Of a stretch of 64,000 bases of DNA, positions 38,007-46,831 are shown piece after piece. The stretch's first letter is position 1. Each line of letters starts with the position of its first letter. The position numbers and the translations under genes were made by a program. The notes beneath the pieces were generated by a model, which worked only from the letters and a program-made list of their open reading frames with translations, searched no databases and was not told the DNA's origin. Source of the DNA: Candidatus Thalassarchaeum betae (GTDB taxonomy: Archaea; Thermoplasmatota; Poseidoniia; Poseidoniales; Thalassarchaeaceae); the NCBI GenBank assembly GCA_003193925.1, contig PSPG01000012.1:32756-96755 (forward strand), given 5' to 3'.

Positions 38007-39125
38007 CTAGTCGTCGAACAGCCTGAAGGGCAGGTCGATCATCCTGCTGCCTTCCTCGTCCGACTCGTCCCCATCATCCTCTCCGTCTTCCTCAGGCTCC
38101 TCGGGCTCCGAGAACTCAGAAGAGGCGAAAGGGGACGACTCGTCCTCAGCCCCAGAGTCCTCCTGCGGGGCGTCCAGCAACTCCATCTGCAAGTTCTCCA
38201 GACCGTGCTCCTGCCCCTTCATCCAGTCTGGCATGTCGTGTGATCCACCCAGTACTGACAGGGTGGTGAAGGTGGCCATCGGAAGCACTGACATCGCCAC
38301 TAGGAAGTCGATGACAGCGGTATCCGGGATAACCGCGTCAGGCACGATGGCGTGCAGGATGACGGTCTCCAGTTGCACCTCGTTCCACTGCGTCACGTCG
38401 ACTTCGAGCCAGCTCAGAGAGGCCGCTAGGAAGGTCCTCGCTATGAGCCAGAACAACAGGATGGGGAGCACCCACGAGAAGCGCGAGACGCGCCATAGTA
38501 CTGTTCGGAACATAGCCGCGTAGCCCACTAGCCTCCATGAGATGACGGGCTGTATCCTCACTGCTATCCACAATGCGATCAAGTATCCCGCCATTCCCAA
38601 CTCGAAAGCCCGGTCCGGTTGTATGATTCCCTCGGGCACGCCCTCCATGATCAGCAGCGGGACTGCAATCAGCAGGACCTGCATCGGCACCGCGAGGAGG
38701 TGCAGCCCGCCATGCACTGAAATGAGGTCGTACTCGTCATCCGAAGTCTTGCTGTGGACCAGCCGAGCCATCCTTCCGTACGGGCTGCCGTGGAGGGAGA
38801 GCCTTGCCCGATCTATCAGCTCCGGGTCACTCTTCCTCCCGCTGAGTCCGAGGACCGGCAACCAGCCACCTCGGTCGGCTACCGCCGTCGGCTGGAACCC
38901 CCCGAAGAAGAGCGCGAGCACTAGCGAGAGCACTCCGTACAGAAGCCCGGCGACGATTATCCAGTGCACCAGCTCGGTGCGGACCGCCATCGAGAAGTTC
39001 TCCTTGTCTATCTCCAGCAGGTAGGTCAGCGAGAATCCGACTATGGGGATCAGGGTAACCTGCAGGACAACCACCGTGTACAGCATGAACCTCTGGAGCG
39101 GATTCTGGCTCGCCATGGGAGCCAC
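38007..39125 (-). CDS. Hypothetical polytopic membrane protein with a highly acidic C-terminal tail
   Basis: 372 aa with ~8 TM helices and an EPEEPEEDGEDDGDESDEEG C-terminal tail. Confidence 0.45.
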   Translation of the reverse strand: MAPMASQNPLQRFMLYTVVVLQVTLIPIVGFSLTYLLEIDKENFSMAVRTELVHWIIVAGLLYGVLSLVLALFFGGFQPTAVADRGGWLPVLGLSGRKSDPELIDRARLSLHGSPYGRMARLVHSKTSDDEYDLISVHGGLHLLAVPMQVLLIAVPLLIMEGVPEGIIQPDRAFELGMAGYLIALWIAVRIQPVISWRLVGYAAMFRTVLWRVSRFSWVLPILLFWLIARTFLAASLSWLEVDVTQWNEVQLETVILHAIVPDAVIPDTAVIDFLVAMSVLPMATFTTLSVLGGSHDMPDWMKGQEHGLENLQMELLDAPQEDSGAEDESSPFASSEFSEPEEPEEDGEDDGDESDEEGSRMIDLPFRLFDD

Positions 39126-39288
39126 GCCTCATCAAGCGACCATAAGCCCTTCATTGCGCTTCCAGCCCCATTGCGCGGTTAGCCTACTGGAATCAAACCG
39201 CCAATTGCACGGGCCTGCCGCCCTACGGGCGGCGAACGCGTCAACCGAACCTTGATACATGGTTTAGAGCCCCCCGAATTCGTTCGTC

Positions 39289-42200
39289 ATGCGTAGCTTG
39301 ACACCATTCCTCCTGGTCTCCCTCATGCTCATGATGAGTATGGCACCCCTAGCTGTCAACTCTATGATGGACGGGCCTGCGCCCGACCGTTCGGCGACCC
39401 CCAAGGCGCTCATCGATTTCGAAGTGACCTCGATTGAGGTAGGTGAATGGTGGAACTTGGCCGAGCAATGGACCCAGCCGGACAACTCGACAGCGGATTA
39501 CGTGATACGGGATGAGCTCATCCAAGTCAATGTCACATTCACCCAAGCCGGCACCTCCAGCCAGCCCGCGTACGCAGAGGGGTGGATGCAGGTGTGGCAC
39601 CCCGTAGGTTTCCTCATCGAGCAGCATCCCGTCAACATGACCCTGTCGGGGCTCCAATCGGTCACGGAGTCCTTCTACTGGACTCCCGATGCCGCTCACA
39701 GCGCCATTGACGATGACGGCTACCTGTACGGCGGGATAATCCTGCGCGGCACCATCGACGGCGGCCTCGCTGATGACAACGGGGACAACGACGTGCTCGA
39801 CAGGGAAGTTCCGGTAGCCGTCTGGGACGATCCCATGGAGAATGGCTTCTGCGGTGATGTGGACGGCGACCAGATCGTCGACTGCCCCAATATACTCAGC
39901 GCCAACGAGCCCACTTGGGCCGGCGCCGGTTACAATTTAGACGGAACCCTCTCCTCGAACCCCAACCACTACGGGCACTGGAGGATGGACAACGCTTCGA
40001 GCAGCGAGGGCGACATGCATTGGCGAGTGTCCAAGCCTGGTGACAACTACGCCAGCAACAGGCATGACAGGCTGTGGTGGGGCTGGTTCACTACCCTCGG
40101 CACCTGCGAGGATCCGGGCCACGGGCTCAACTTCGGCACTCTCGACTCATCCGTCTCGTCGGTCTACGGGAACGACTTCTGCAAGATCAGAATCAGGTCG
40201 TTCGACTTCATCTCGATGCAATTGGTCACCAACGCTTGGGGCGAGATGGCTGCCGGCGACAACATCCGTATTGAGGCGGACGCGGGCGGGGCGCTGGAGT
40301 ACTACGACTACTCCGCACAGAACATCTCGAAGAACCAAGGTGACTGGACCAAGCTGGTCTGGAACATGACCGACATCCATCCCAATGGCGACTACACCCT
40401 GGCTTTCCGCTTCGATTCGAACAGCTCGTTCGCGAATCAGGGCATCCACCTCGACTCGTTCCTGCTGTTCGGCTTCGAGAAGGTGGCCGAATATACACTC
40501 GACGTCGACTGCAACGACCCCCTGCCGAATGCGTACATGGTAGTCCCCGACGACTCCTGGCCACCCTCGCTCTTCTGTCGCATCAAGAACAACGGATACG
40601 TCGACATCACCCTGCGTCTCTACACCGAGGTCTCGAACAGTACCTGGATGAACGGATACCCACTGAGAATCGACTCCAACAACCAGTTCGACCACGACAA
40701 CTACGTCGTCACAGAGGTCATCCACGCACTCGAATCGATGGACACCTGGTTCAACCTCAGCATCCCAGCAGGCGCCAGTGTCCAGGAGCTGGACTGGTTC
40801 GTCTGGATCAACGACGGGATCACCAACCTCTCCAAGGTCTTCTTGGAGCTGCCCGTATCGGTCATTGCCGCATACTCGGCCAAACTGGAGCAGAAGACCC
40901 TCGCCAATCCCGCTGCGGTACTCTATCCCGGAACCTCCGACAGCGTAGCCATGACGCTGAGGAACACGGGAAATCAAATTGCTACTTGGAACCTCGGCGC
41001 GACCTTCGGTGACAACCGCTGGGGCGCCGAGAATCTGGTGTGGTACGATTCGAACGGCACGGTGATCACAAGTCTGGAGATGAACATCACCGATGACATC
41101 GAGCTGACCGCAGGCCTGACCGCCCCGGATGAGATCACACCGGGAACTTACTCGATTACGCTCCTGGCCAACGGCAGGCCTCCGGCGAACTTCGTGGCGG
41201 ACTGGACCATCTACATCGAGGTACCTGTCTCCCACGACCTCGAGTTGGAGCCCGAGATCACTCATATCATGGCACCAGCCGACGGCTTCCTCAGGCTCAT
41301 CGAGATCAGGATGGTGAACAACGGCAACTCGGAGGAGGCCTTCGGCCTCTCCATACTGGCGGACTGGAAGCTTGGCCTCTCTCTCAACGCGGAGCAGAGC
41401 CTCGGCATCGACCCGTTCGGAGGCGATGCCACGGTCATGCTGCTGCTGCCGATGCCCTACGGCATCGCCAACGAGACCTATGAGATATTCGTGCTGGCAT
41501 CGAGCCTAGACGGATCCGGATACTGGTCCAGCGTGCGGATTCTGCTCACTGTGCCGGTCACGAACCTCGTCGAGGTGGAGGATCTCGACATGCTCCAGGA
41601 GGTCTTCAGAGGTGGAGACGATGCTAGGACGGTAAACTGGGAGATCACGAACAACGGCAATGTGAACGATGCCTTCACCATAGGTTTCGAAACCAGTCAC
41701 CCCGATGTCTGGGTGCAGGCCGCCAGCCTGTCGAACGGCAGGACCCCCTACATCGCACCCGGCTCGTCGCACAACCTGACGGTGCTCTACTCGTTCGGCG
41801 ACACTGCGTTCGGGGACCGCGACATCACCCTCATAGCGACCAGCGTAGGAGCAGCCGATGAGGGCCTTGTTGTTACCGGCAGCGGCACTGCTGAGTTCCG
41901 GGTCGGAAATCAGGGCTGGATTGGACTGGTTCCAACCAATTCACCCCTGACAATCACCGAGAGCGGCGACGACTACGCATTGGTCTTCACCGTGATGAAC
42001 CGCCATCCGACCGACGACCAGCTGCTCCGAGCTGACATCAATCGCAATTCTGACATCTTCTTCAACATTTTCGACGCGCGCGTGCACCAGGACGACAGGA
42101 ACTTCGTCCTGCCCTCGCAGGAGTCCAGGACGATCACGGTGTTCCTCACCGTGACCGATGACAATCTAATGAACCTCGCCGAGAATGAGATGTCGTTCGA

Positions 42201-42762
42201 CATCACCCTCGAAGTGGACAGTGACGTGGACAAGGCCTCGAGCAACGCCACGATAGTGATGGTCAAACCGGAACCCGTGAACACCGGGCCCGACGTCGAG
42301 GAGTACGCTTGGCTGACCGGCAACATCCTGTTCCTGCTGATTGGCCTTGGGGTGATTACCGCCGTCCTCGTCGTATCGTTCAGGATTTTCAAGACCGCGA
42401 CCGCCCCGATGGAAGAGATATCGACGCTCGACACGTACGAGATGACGGTCGATGGAAGCGGTTGGGGCGGGCCCGAGGGGGAGATCCCGGAGGCCCCGAT
42501 GCTACCGGCCGACGACGAAGTGGCGAATTCGATGTACGGCGGTGCTCAGGAGATCTTTGAGCAGTCCCCGGAGATGCCGTCTCCGCCGCCGATGCCCGAG
42601 CCGGAGCCTGAGCCCGAGCCGGAGCCCGAGCCCGAGCCAGAGGGGCCAGAGCTGCCGCCTGGCGTCCCGCCGATACCAGATGATGGCCTTCCTGAGGGCT
42701 GGAGCACCGAGCAGTGGATTCACTACGGTCAGCGTTGGCTGGACCAGCAGAATCGTGAATAA
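39289..42762 (+). CDS. Very large cell-surface protein (signal peptide, ~1000-aa ectodomain, C-terminal TM anchor, cytoplasmic (PE)n tail)
   Basis: 1157 aa with N-terminal signal MRSLTPFLLVSLMLMMSMAPLAV, an Asn/Asp/Thr-rich ectodomain, a TM helix ILFLLIGLGVITAVLVV near the C-terminus, and a MPEPEPEPEPEPEPEGPELPP tail. Confidence 0.6.
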   Translation: MRSLTPFLLVSLMLMMSMAPLAVNSMMDGPAPDRSATPKALIDFEVTSIEVGEWWNLAEQWTQPDNSTADYVIRDELIQVNVTFTQAGTSSQPAYAEGWMQVWHPVGFLIEQHPVNMTLSGLQSVTESFYWTPDAAHSAIDDDGYLYGGIILRGTIDGGLADDNGDNDVLDREVPVAVWDDPMENGFCGDVDGDQIVDCPNILSANEPTWAGAGYNLDGTLSSNPNHYGHWRMDNASSSEGDMHWRVSKPGDNYASNRHDRLWWGWFTTLGTCEDPGHGLNFGTLDSSVSSVYGNDFCKIRIRSFDFISMQLVTNAWGEMAAGDNIRIEADAGGALEYYDYSAQNISKNQGDWTKLVWNMTDIHPNGDYTLAFRFDSNSSFANQGIHLDSFLLFGFEKVAEYTLDVDCNDPLPNAYMVVPDDSWPPSLFCRIKNNGYVDITLRLYTEVSNSTWMNGYPLRIDSNNQFDHDNYVVTEVIHALESMDTWFNLSIPAGASVQELDWFVWINDGITNLSKVFLELPVSVIAAYSAKLEQKTLANPAAVLYPGTSDSVAMTLRNTGNQIATWNLGATFGDNRWGAENLVWYDSNGTVITSLEMNITDDIELTAGLTAPDEITPGTYSITLLANGRPPANFVADWTIYIEVPVSHDLELEPEITHIMAPADGFLRLIEIRMVNNGNSEEAFGLSILADWKLGLSLNAEQSLGIDPFGGDATVMLLLPMPYGIANETYEIFVLASSLDGSGYWSSVRILLTVPVTNLVEVEDLDMLQEVFRGGDDARTVNWEITNNGNVNDAFTIGFETSHPDVWVQAASLSNGRTPYIAPGSSHNLTVLYSFGDTAFGDRDITLIATSVGAADEGLVVTGSGTAEFRVGNQGWIGLVPTNSPLTITESGDDYALVFTVMNRHPTDDQLLRADINRNSDIFFNIFDARVHQDDRNFVLPSQESRTITVFLTVTDDNLMNLAENEMSFDITLEVDSDVDKASSNATIVMVKPEPVNTGPDVEEYAWLTGNILFLLIGLGVITAVLVVSFRIFKTATAPMEEISTLDTYEMTVDGSGWGGPEGEIPEAPMLPADDEVANSMYGGAQEIFEQSPEMPSPPPMPEPEPEPEPEPEPEPEGPELPPGVPPIPDDGLPEGWSTEQWIHYGQRWLDQQNRE

Positions 42763-42842
42763 GAGCGTGATGCAGCTTGCCTGCGCCCATGCGAGGGCTT
42801 ATGACCCCCCATCGGTCGCCGGATTCCGGAGCGTGATTTCCG

Positions 42843-44456
42843 ATGTACAGCGGTCAACAGCCGATTTTCATCCTCAAGGAGGGCACTGACAGGACCACTG
42901 GCCGCTCGGCGCAGAGCAACAACATCGCGGCTGCCAAGGCCGTGGCCGACTCGGTTCGTTCGACTCTGGGCCCCAAGGGAATGGACAAGATGCTGGTTGA
43001 CAGCATGGGCGACGTGGTGATAACAAACGACGGCGCTACCATCCTCAAGGAGATGGACATCGAGCACCCGGCTGCCAAGATGATTATCGAGATCGCCAAG
43101 ACTCAAGAGCAGTACTGCTACGACGGCACGACCAGCGCTGTCGTCATCGCTGGCGAACTTCTCAAGCGCAGCGAGGACCTGATCGAGCAGAACGTTCACC
43201 CGACTGTCATCTGCGAGGGTTTCAGGCTGGCTGCTGACAAGGCTTCCGAGATAATTGACTCGCACTCCTTAGCCGTCGATAAGTCGATGCTCGAGGAGGT
43301 CGCCAAGACCGCACTCACCGGTAAGAGCGCAGGGCCCGTGAAGGAGTTCCTCGCCGACATCAGCGTGCGCGCCGTGCTCTCAGTCGCCCAGGAGGTCGAC
43401 GGCGAGACCGTCGTGGACCTCGACGACATCAAGGTCCATAAGAAGCAAGGCGGCTCAATCCGAGACAGCAACCTCGTCGATGGCATAGTCCTCGACAAGG
43501 AGCGCGTGCACAGTGGGATGCCTCGCAGCGTCTCCGACGCCAAGATAGCGCTCATCAACTCGGCCATCGAGGTCAAGAAGACCGAGGTCGATGCGAAGAT
43601 CCAGATCACCGACCCGGGCATGCTCTCGCAGTTCCTCGACGAGGAGGAGCAGTTCCTCAGGTCCCTCGTCGACAAGATGCAGGCCTCAGGTGCCAATGTG
43701 GTCATCTGCCAGAAGGGGATAGACGACCTGGCCCAGCACTACATGGCCAAGGCCGGTGTCTTCGCCATCCGTCGCGCCAAGAAGAGCGACATGGAGGCGC
43801 TGTCCAAGGCCACTGGCGGGCGGATAGTGACTAACATCGACGATCTCTCCTCGGATGATTTGGGCGCAGCCTCGAAGGTCGAGGAGCGCAAGATCGGCGA
43901 GTCCGACATGGTCTTCGTCACCGGCTGTCCCGAGGCAAAGAGCGTCTCGGTGCTTCTGAGAGGGGGCACGGAGCACGTGGTCGACGAGATTCGAAGGGCC
44001 TTCACCGACGCCATGGGCGTCGTCGCGGTCGCTCTCGAGGACGGCGAGGTCCTGACTGGTGGCGGTTCTGTGGTAGCTGCGATCAGCCGTGACCTGCGCT
44101 CGTACGCAGAGGGGATTGGCGGCAGGGAGCAGATGGCCATCGAAGCCTTCTCCGGTGCCCTCGAGGTCATCCCCCGCACTCTCGCCGAGAACGCAGGACT
44201 CGATCCGATTAACACCATCATCGACCTGAGGAAGGCGCACTCTGAGGGCAAGTCGCACTACGGGGTCAACGTCTATGATGGCGGCGTGACCGACATGAAA
44301 AAGGAGAGGGTCTTCGAGCCGAGCAGGGTGGTCGAGCAGGCCATCCTGAGCGCTTCGGAGACCGCAGTGATGATTCTGAGGATCGACGACGTCATCTCCA
44401 GCCGAAGCACCACGCCCGCTCCCGATGGCACTGACTTCGACGGCCTCGGCATGTGA
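42843..44456 (+). CDS. ths: Thermosome (group II chaperonin) subunit
   Basis: 537 aa with [26 protein letters not shown] and the GDGTT-equivalent region. Full TCP-1/cpn60 architecture. Confidence 0.95.
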   Translation: MYSGQQPIFILKEGTDRTTGRSAQSNNIAAAKAVADSVRSTLGPKGMDKMLVDSMGDVVITNDGATILKEMDIEHPAAKMIIEIAKTQEQYCYDGTTSAVVIAGELLKRSEDLIEQNVHPTVICEGFRLAADKASEIIDSHSLAVDKSMLEEVAKTALTGKSAGPVKEFLADISVRAVLSVAQEVDGETVVDLDDIKVHKKQGGSIRDSNLVDGIVLDKERVHSGMPRSVSDAKIALINSAIEVKKTEVDAKIQITDPGMLSQFLDEEEQFLRSLVDKMQASGANVVICQKGIDDLAQHYMAKAGVFAIRRAKKSDMEALSKATGGRIVTNIDDLSSDDLGAASKVEERKIGESDMVFVTGCPEAKSVSVLLRGGTEHVVDEIRRAFTDAMGVVAVALEDGEVLTGGGSVVAAISRDLRSYAEGIGGREQMAIEAFSGALEVIPRTLAENAGLDPINTIIDLRKAHSEGKSHYGVNVYDGGVTDMKKERVFEPSRVVEQAILSASETAVMILRIDDVISSRSTTPAPDGTDFDGLGM

Positions 44457-44570
44457 GGCTGCCAAATCCCGATTCAGGTGGAATACGGCCTGTGGCCGTG
44501 GACTTGAGATGCACTAGATTCAATAATCGTGTTCCGGTGCCAGAAGCGCCGATAGGCAGGAGTTGTTGGC

Positions 44571-45971
44571 ATGACCATATTCAGCGTTTACATCGATGAC
44601 GGCTGCATCGTCTGCGATGCCTGTGAGGAAACGGCTCCGGATGTCTTCGAAGTGACCGAGGATACCTGCTTCATCAAGCCGGACGTCAGACTCGACGGCG
44701 GCTACGACCGGAACGTGGGCAAGGCAGGCCTGAAGGACGATGTCATCTCCGCCCTCTCAGACGACATCCTCGACGCTGCAGACGGCTGCCCAGTAGACGT
44801 CATCATCGTGGTCGAAGAGGGCGCCGTCGAGGAGCCCCCCGAGCCGGAAGAGGCTGCGGCCCCAGAGCCAGAGGGGGTAGTGGTCGAGGAGGTCGCCGCA
44901 GAGCCAGTGGAGATGAGCGGTATTACGGCCGCGGTGATCCAAGCCGAGATCAGCATATTCCGCTATGACCCGGTCACGGCCACCACTGGCAGGGACACCT
45001 GGATCTGCGCGCTCCCCGGCCACATGTCCGTCTTGGAGGCGCTCAGGGTGCTCAAGGCGACCCACGACGGGAGCCTGACCTTCAGGGACGGTCCTTGCGA
45101 CGACCCGACCACTGCAATCTCGGTGAACGGCAGGCTGGTCCTGCCGGGCAACGTCCGACTCGACTCGGTCGCCCCGAACCGCGAGGGCGGGCTCCGACTC
45201 CGCATCGAACCGCTTCCAGCGTTCGATGTACTGCGCGACCTCACAGTCGACCACTGGTCGCTGGAGCGCAAGCGTGAGTCGGCAAAGCCATGGATGGTGG
45301 CAGCGACCCGTGAGGGGGCTGACACCGCACAGGGGGTCATGGGGACCATGGACCCCGTCAAGGCGACTGGGCTGCACTCGATGACCGACTTCGCGAGCGC
45401 CCCCCTCCTGCACGCCTGCTCTGATGCCACGCCCTACTCCGACGATTACCTCGGGCCGTCCGTGTTGGCAGGCTGCTGGGCTAGGATCAACGACCCGCGG
45501 ACGGCCGACTCGAGCCGCGCCGCGCTGCAGGCGGTGCTGGACTCCCGGAGCGGCATCAAGGCCGAGACTGACTTAGCATCGATCCGCCGTCAGAACGGCT
45601 CCTCGAGGGCCGTGGCCGAGGCCTTGCTGGTTGCACGCACATCGACCCTGTCGAGAGACGCGTTCAACGGCAGGCACGGCAAGCACGTCTGGTGGTACTG
45701 CTGGACGGTCAAGAGCAGCGGCAGGGTCAATGACACAGTCATCTACAGGCAGGTGCTCGGCCCTGTGGGGCTGATGGGCAACCTGTTCTCCGGTGTCACC
45801 GCGCGCATGGTCTTCGGATTCACCCGGACCGGTGGCAGGATGTTCAACGACATGCTCGGCATGTTCGCTCCCCCGGCCGGCATAGGCAAGATGCCCAAGC
45901 AGTTCAATTCCTCAGTCAACAATCATCACGAGGTGGTCGCGATATTCAACGAAGTGGACGGTAGGTTCTGA
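44571..45971 (+). CDS. Fusion of a single-cluster ferredoxin with an SdhB/FrdB-like domain that lacks the canonical [2Fe-2S]/[4Fe-4S]/[3Fe-4S] cysteines
   Basis: N-terminus CIVCDACEE...GCP (CxxCxxC...CP ferredoxin), an acidic PEPEE linker, then ISIFRYDP...LEALRVLK...IEPLPAFDVLRDLTVD which aligns with the SdhB N-domain. The cluster-ligand cysteines are replaced. Confidence 0.55.
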   Translation: MTIFSVYIDDGCIVCDACEETAPDVFEVTEDTCFIKPDVRLDGGYDRNVGKAGLKDDVISALSDDILDAADGCPVDVIIVVEEGAVEEPPEPEEAAAPEPEGVVVEEVAAEPVEMSGITAAVIQAEISIFRYDPVTATTGRDTWICALPGHMSVLEALRVLKATHDGSLTFRDGPCDDPTTAISVNGRLVLPGNVRLDSVAPNREGGLRLRIEPLPAFDVLRDLTVDHWSLERKRESAKPWMVAATREGADTAQGVMGTMDPVKATGLHSMTDFASAPLLHACSDATPYSDDYLGPSVLAGCWARINDPRTADSSRAALQAVLDSRSGIKAETDLASIRRQNGSSRAVAEALLVARTSTLSRDAFNGRHGKHVWWYCWTVKSSGRVNDTVIYRQVLGPVGLMGNLFSGVTARMVFGFTRTGGRMFNDMLGMFAPPAGIGKMPKQFNSSVNNHHEVVAIFNEVDGRF

Positions 45972-46831
45972 TGGCTGTCAAGTACGCTTACCACCCTGGC
46001 AACGTGGCCCACAGCAGCGCTATCGAGGTGGCCGAGACGATGCCCCCAGTCGCAGATTCCCTAGGTATCGAGCTGGTGCCCCTCAAGGGTGCGACGAGTT
46101 GCGGTGCCGGCATCATCCGACAAGCCGGCAGGCGCCTTCAGCTCACCCTCAACGCGCGTACCTTTGCGATGGCCGAGGGACTCGGCCTCGACATCATCAC
46201 CCCCTGCGCCGCCACCGCTGGGAACCTGCACGAGGACCTGACGGTGCTGAAGGAGGACCCAAATCTGCTGGCCGAAATCAACGTGGTGCTGCAGAAGACC
46301 TGCGGCATGACCTTCTCCGGCGAGACCAACGTCCATCACCTTCTGCACGTCATCGTCGACGAAATCGGCCTCGAGAAGCTCGAGGCCGTGGCCAAGAACC
46401 CGATTGACTTCAACGTCGCCGGTTTCTACGGCCCGAACATCCAGCAGTCGGGCGCCTGCGGAGGCGACGATGTGTACGACCCCAGCTACCTCGAGCAGGT
46501 CATAAAGATCCTCGGCGGTACTCCGGTCGAGTGGGAGAGCCGGACCCAGAGCGTCGGAGTCCCCGGTTTGTTCTCTGAGGAGCCGACGGTACTGCGTCAG
46601 TCCGCCGCTGTCCTGTCCGAGGCCAAGTGCGAAGGGGCTGATCTGATTGTCAGTGCCTGCACCCTCTCGCACTCCATCCTCGACGTCTACCAGGGAAAGG
46701 CCTCGCGCACCACGGGGCTTGCGACCAACATACCGGTCATCCACCTGACTGAAATGCTGTCTTACTCGATGGGCCACCACAACTCCAGGCTGGCTCAGTT
46801 GCGCACACGGATCGCAATCATCGGCGACTGA
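45971..46831 (+). CDS. HdrB/GlpC/SdhC-like Cys-rich (CCG) domain protein with degenerate Cys motifs
   Basis: 286 aa with two CCG-like repeats (PGN...SCGAG...PCAATAGN and ...ACGGDD...SACTLS) in which several canonical cysteines are substituted. ATGA overlap with the upstream gene. Confidence 0.55.
   Translation: MAVKYAYHPGNVAHSSAIEVAETMPPVADSLGIELVPLKGATSCGAGIIRQAGRRLQLTLNARTFAMAEGLGLDIITPCAATAGNLHEDLTVLKEDPNLLAEINVVLQKTCGMTFSGETNVHHLLHVIVDEIGLEKLEAVAKNPIDFNVAGFYGPNIQQSGACGGDDVYDPSYLEQVIKILGGTPVEWESRTQSVGVPGLFSEEPTVLRQSAAVLSEAKCEGADLIVSACTLSHSILDVYQGKASRTTGLATNIPVIHLTEMLSYSMGHHNSRLAQLRTRIAIIGD

Noticed and set aside
40147-41265. 372-aa minus-strand ORF antisense to the 1157-aa surface-protein gene. 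Many similar long antisense ORFs occur, for example 43686-44465, 22060-22683, 46061-46780, 52040-52585 and 54096-55310.
   Set aside because: They are typical high-GC antisense artefacts: Arg/Ala/Gly/Val-rich with low complexity and no recognisable motifs. Each lies opposite a gene with clear homology and conserved motifs.
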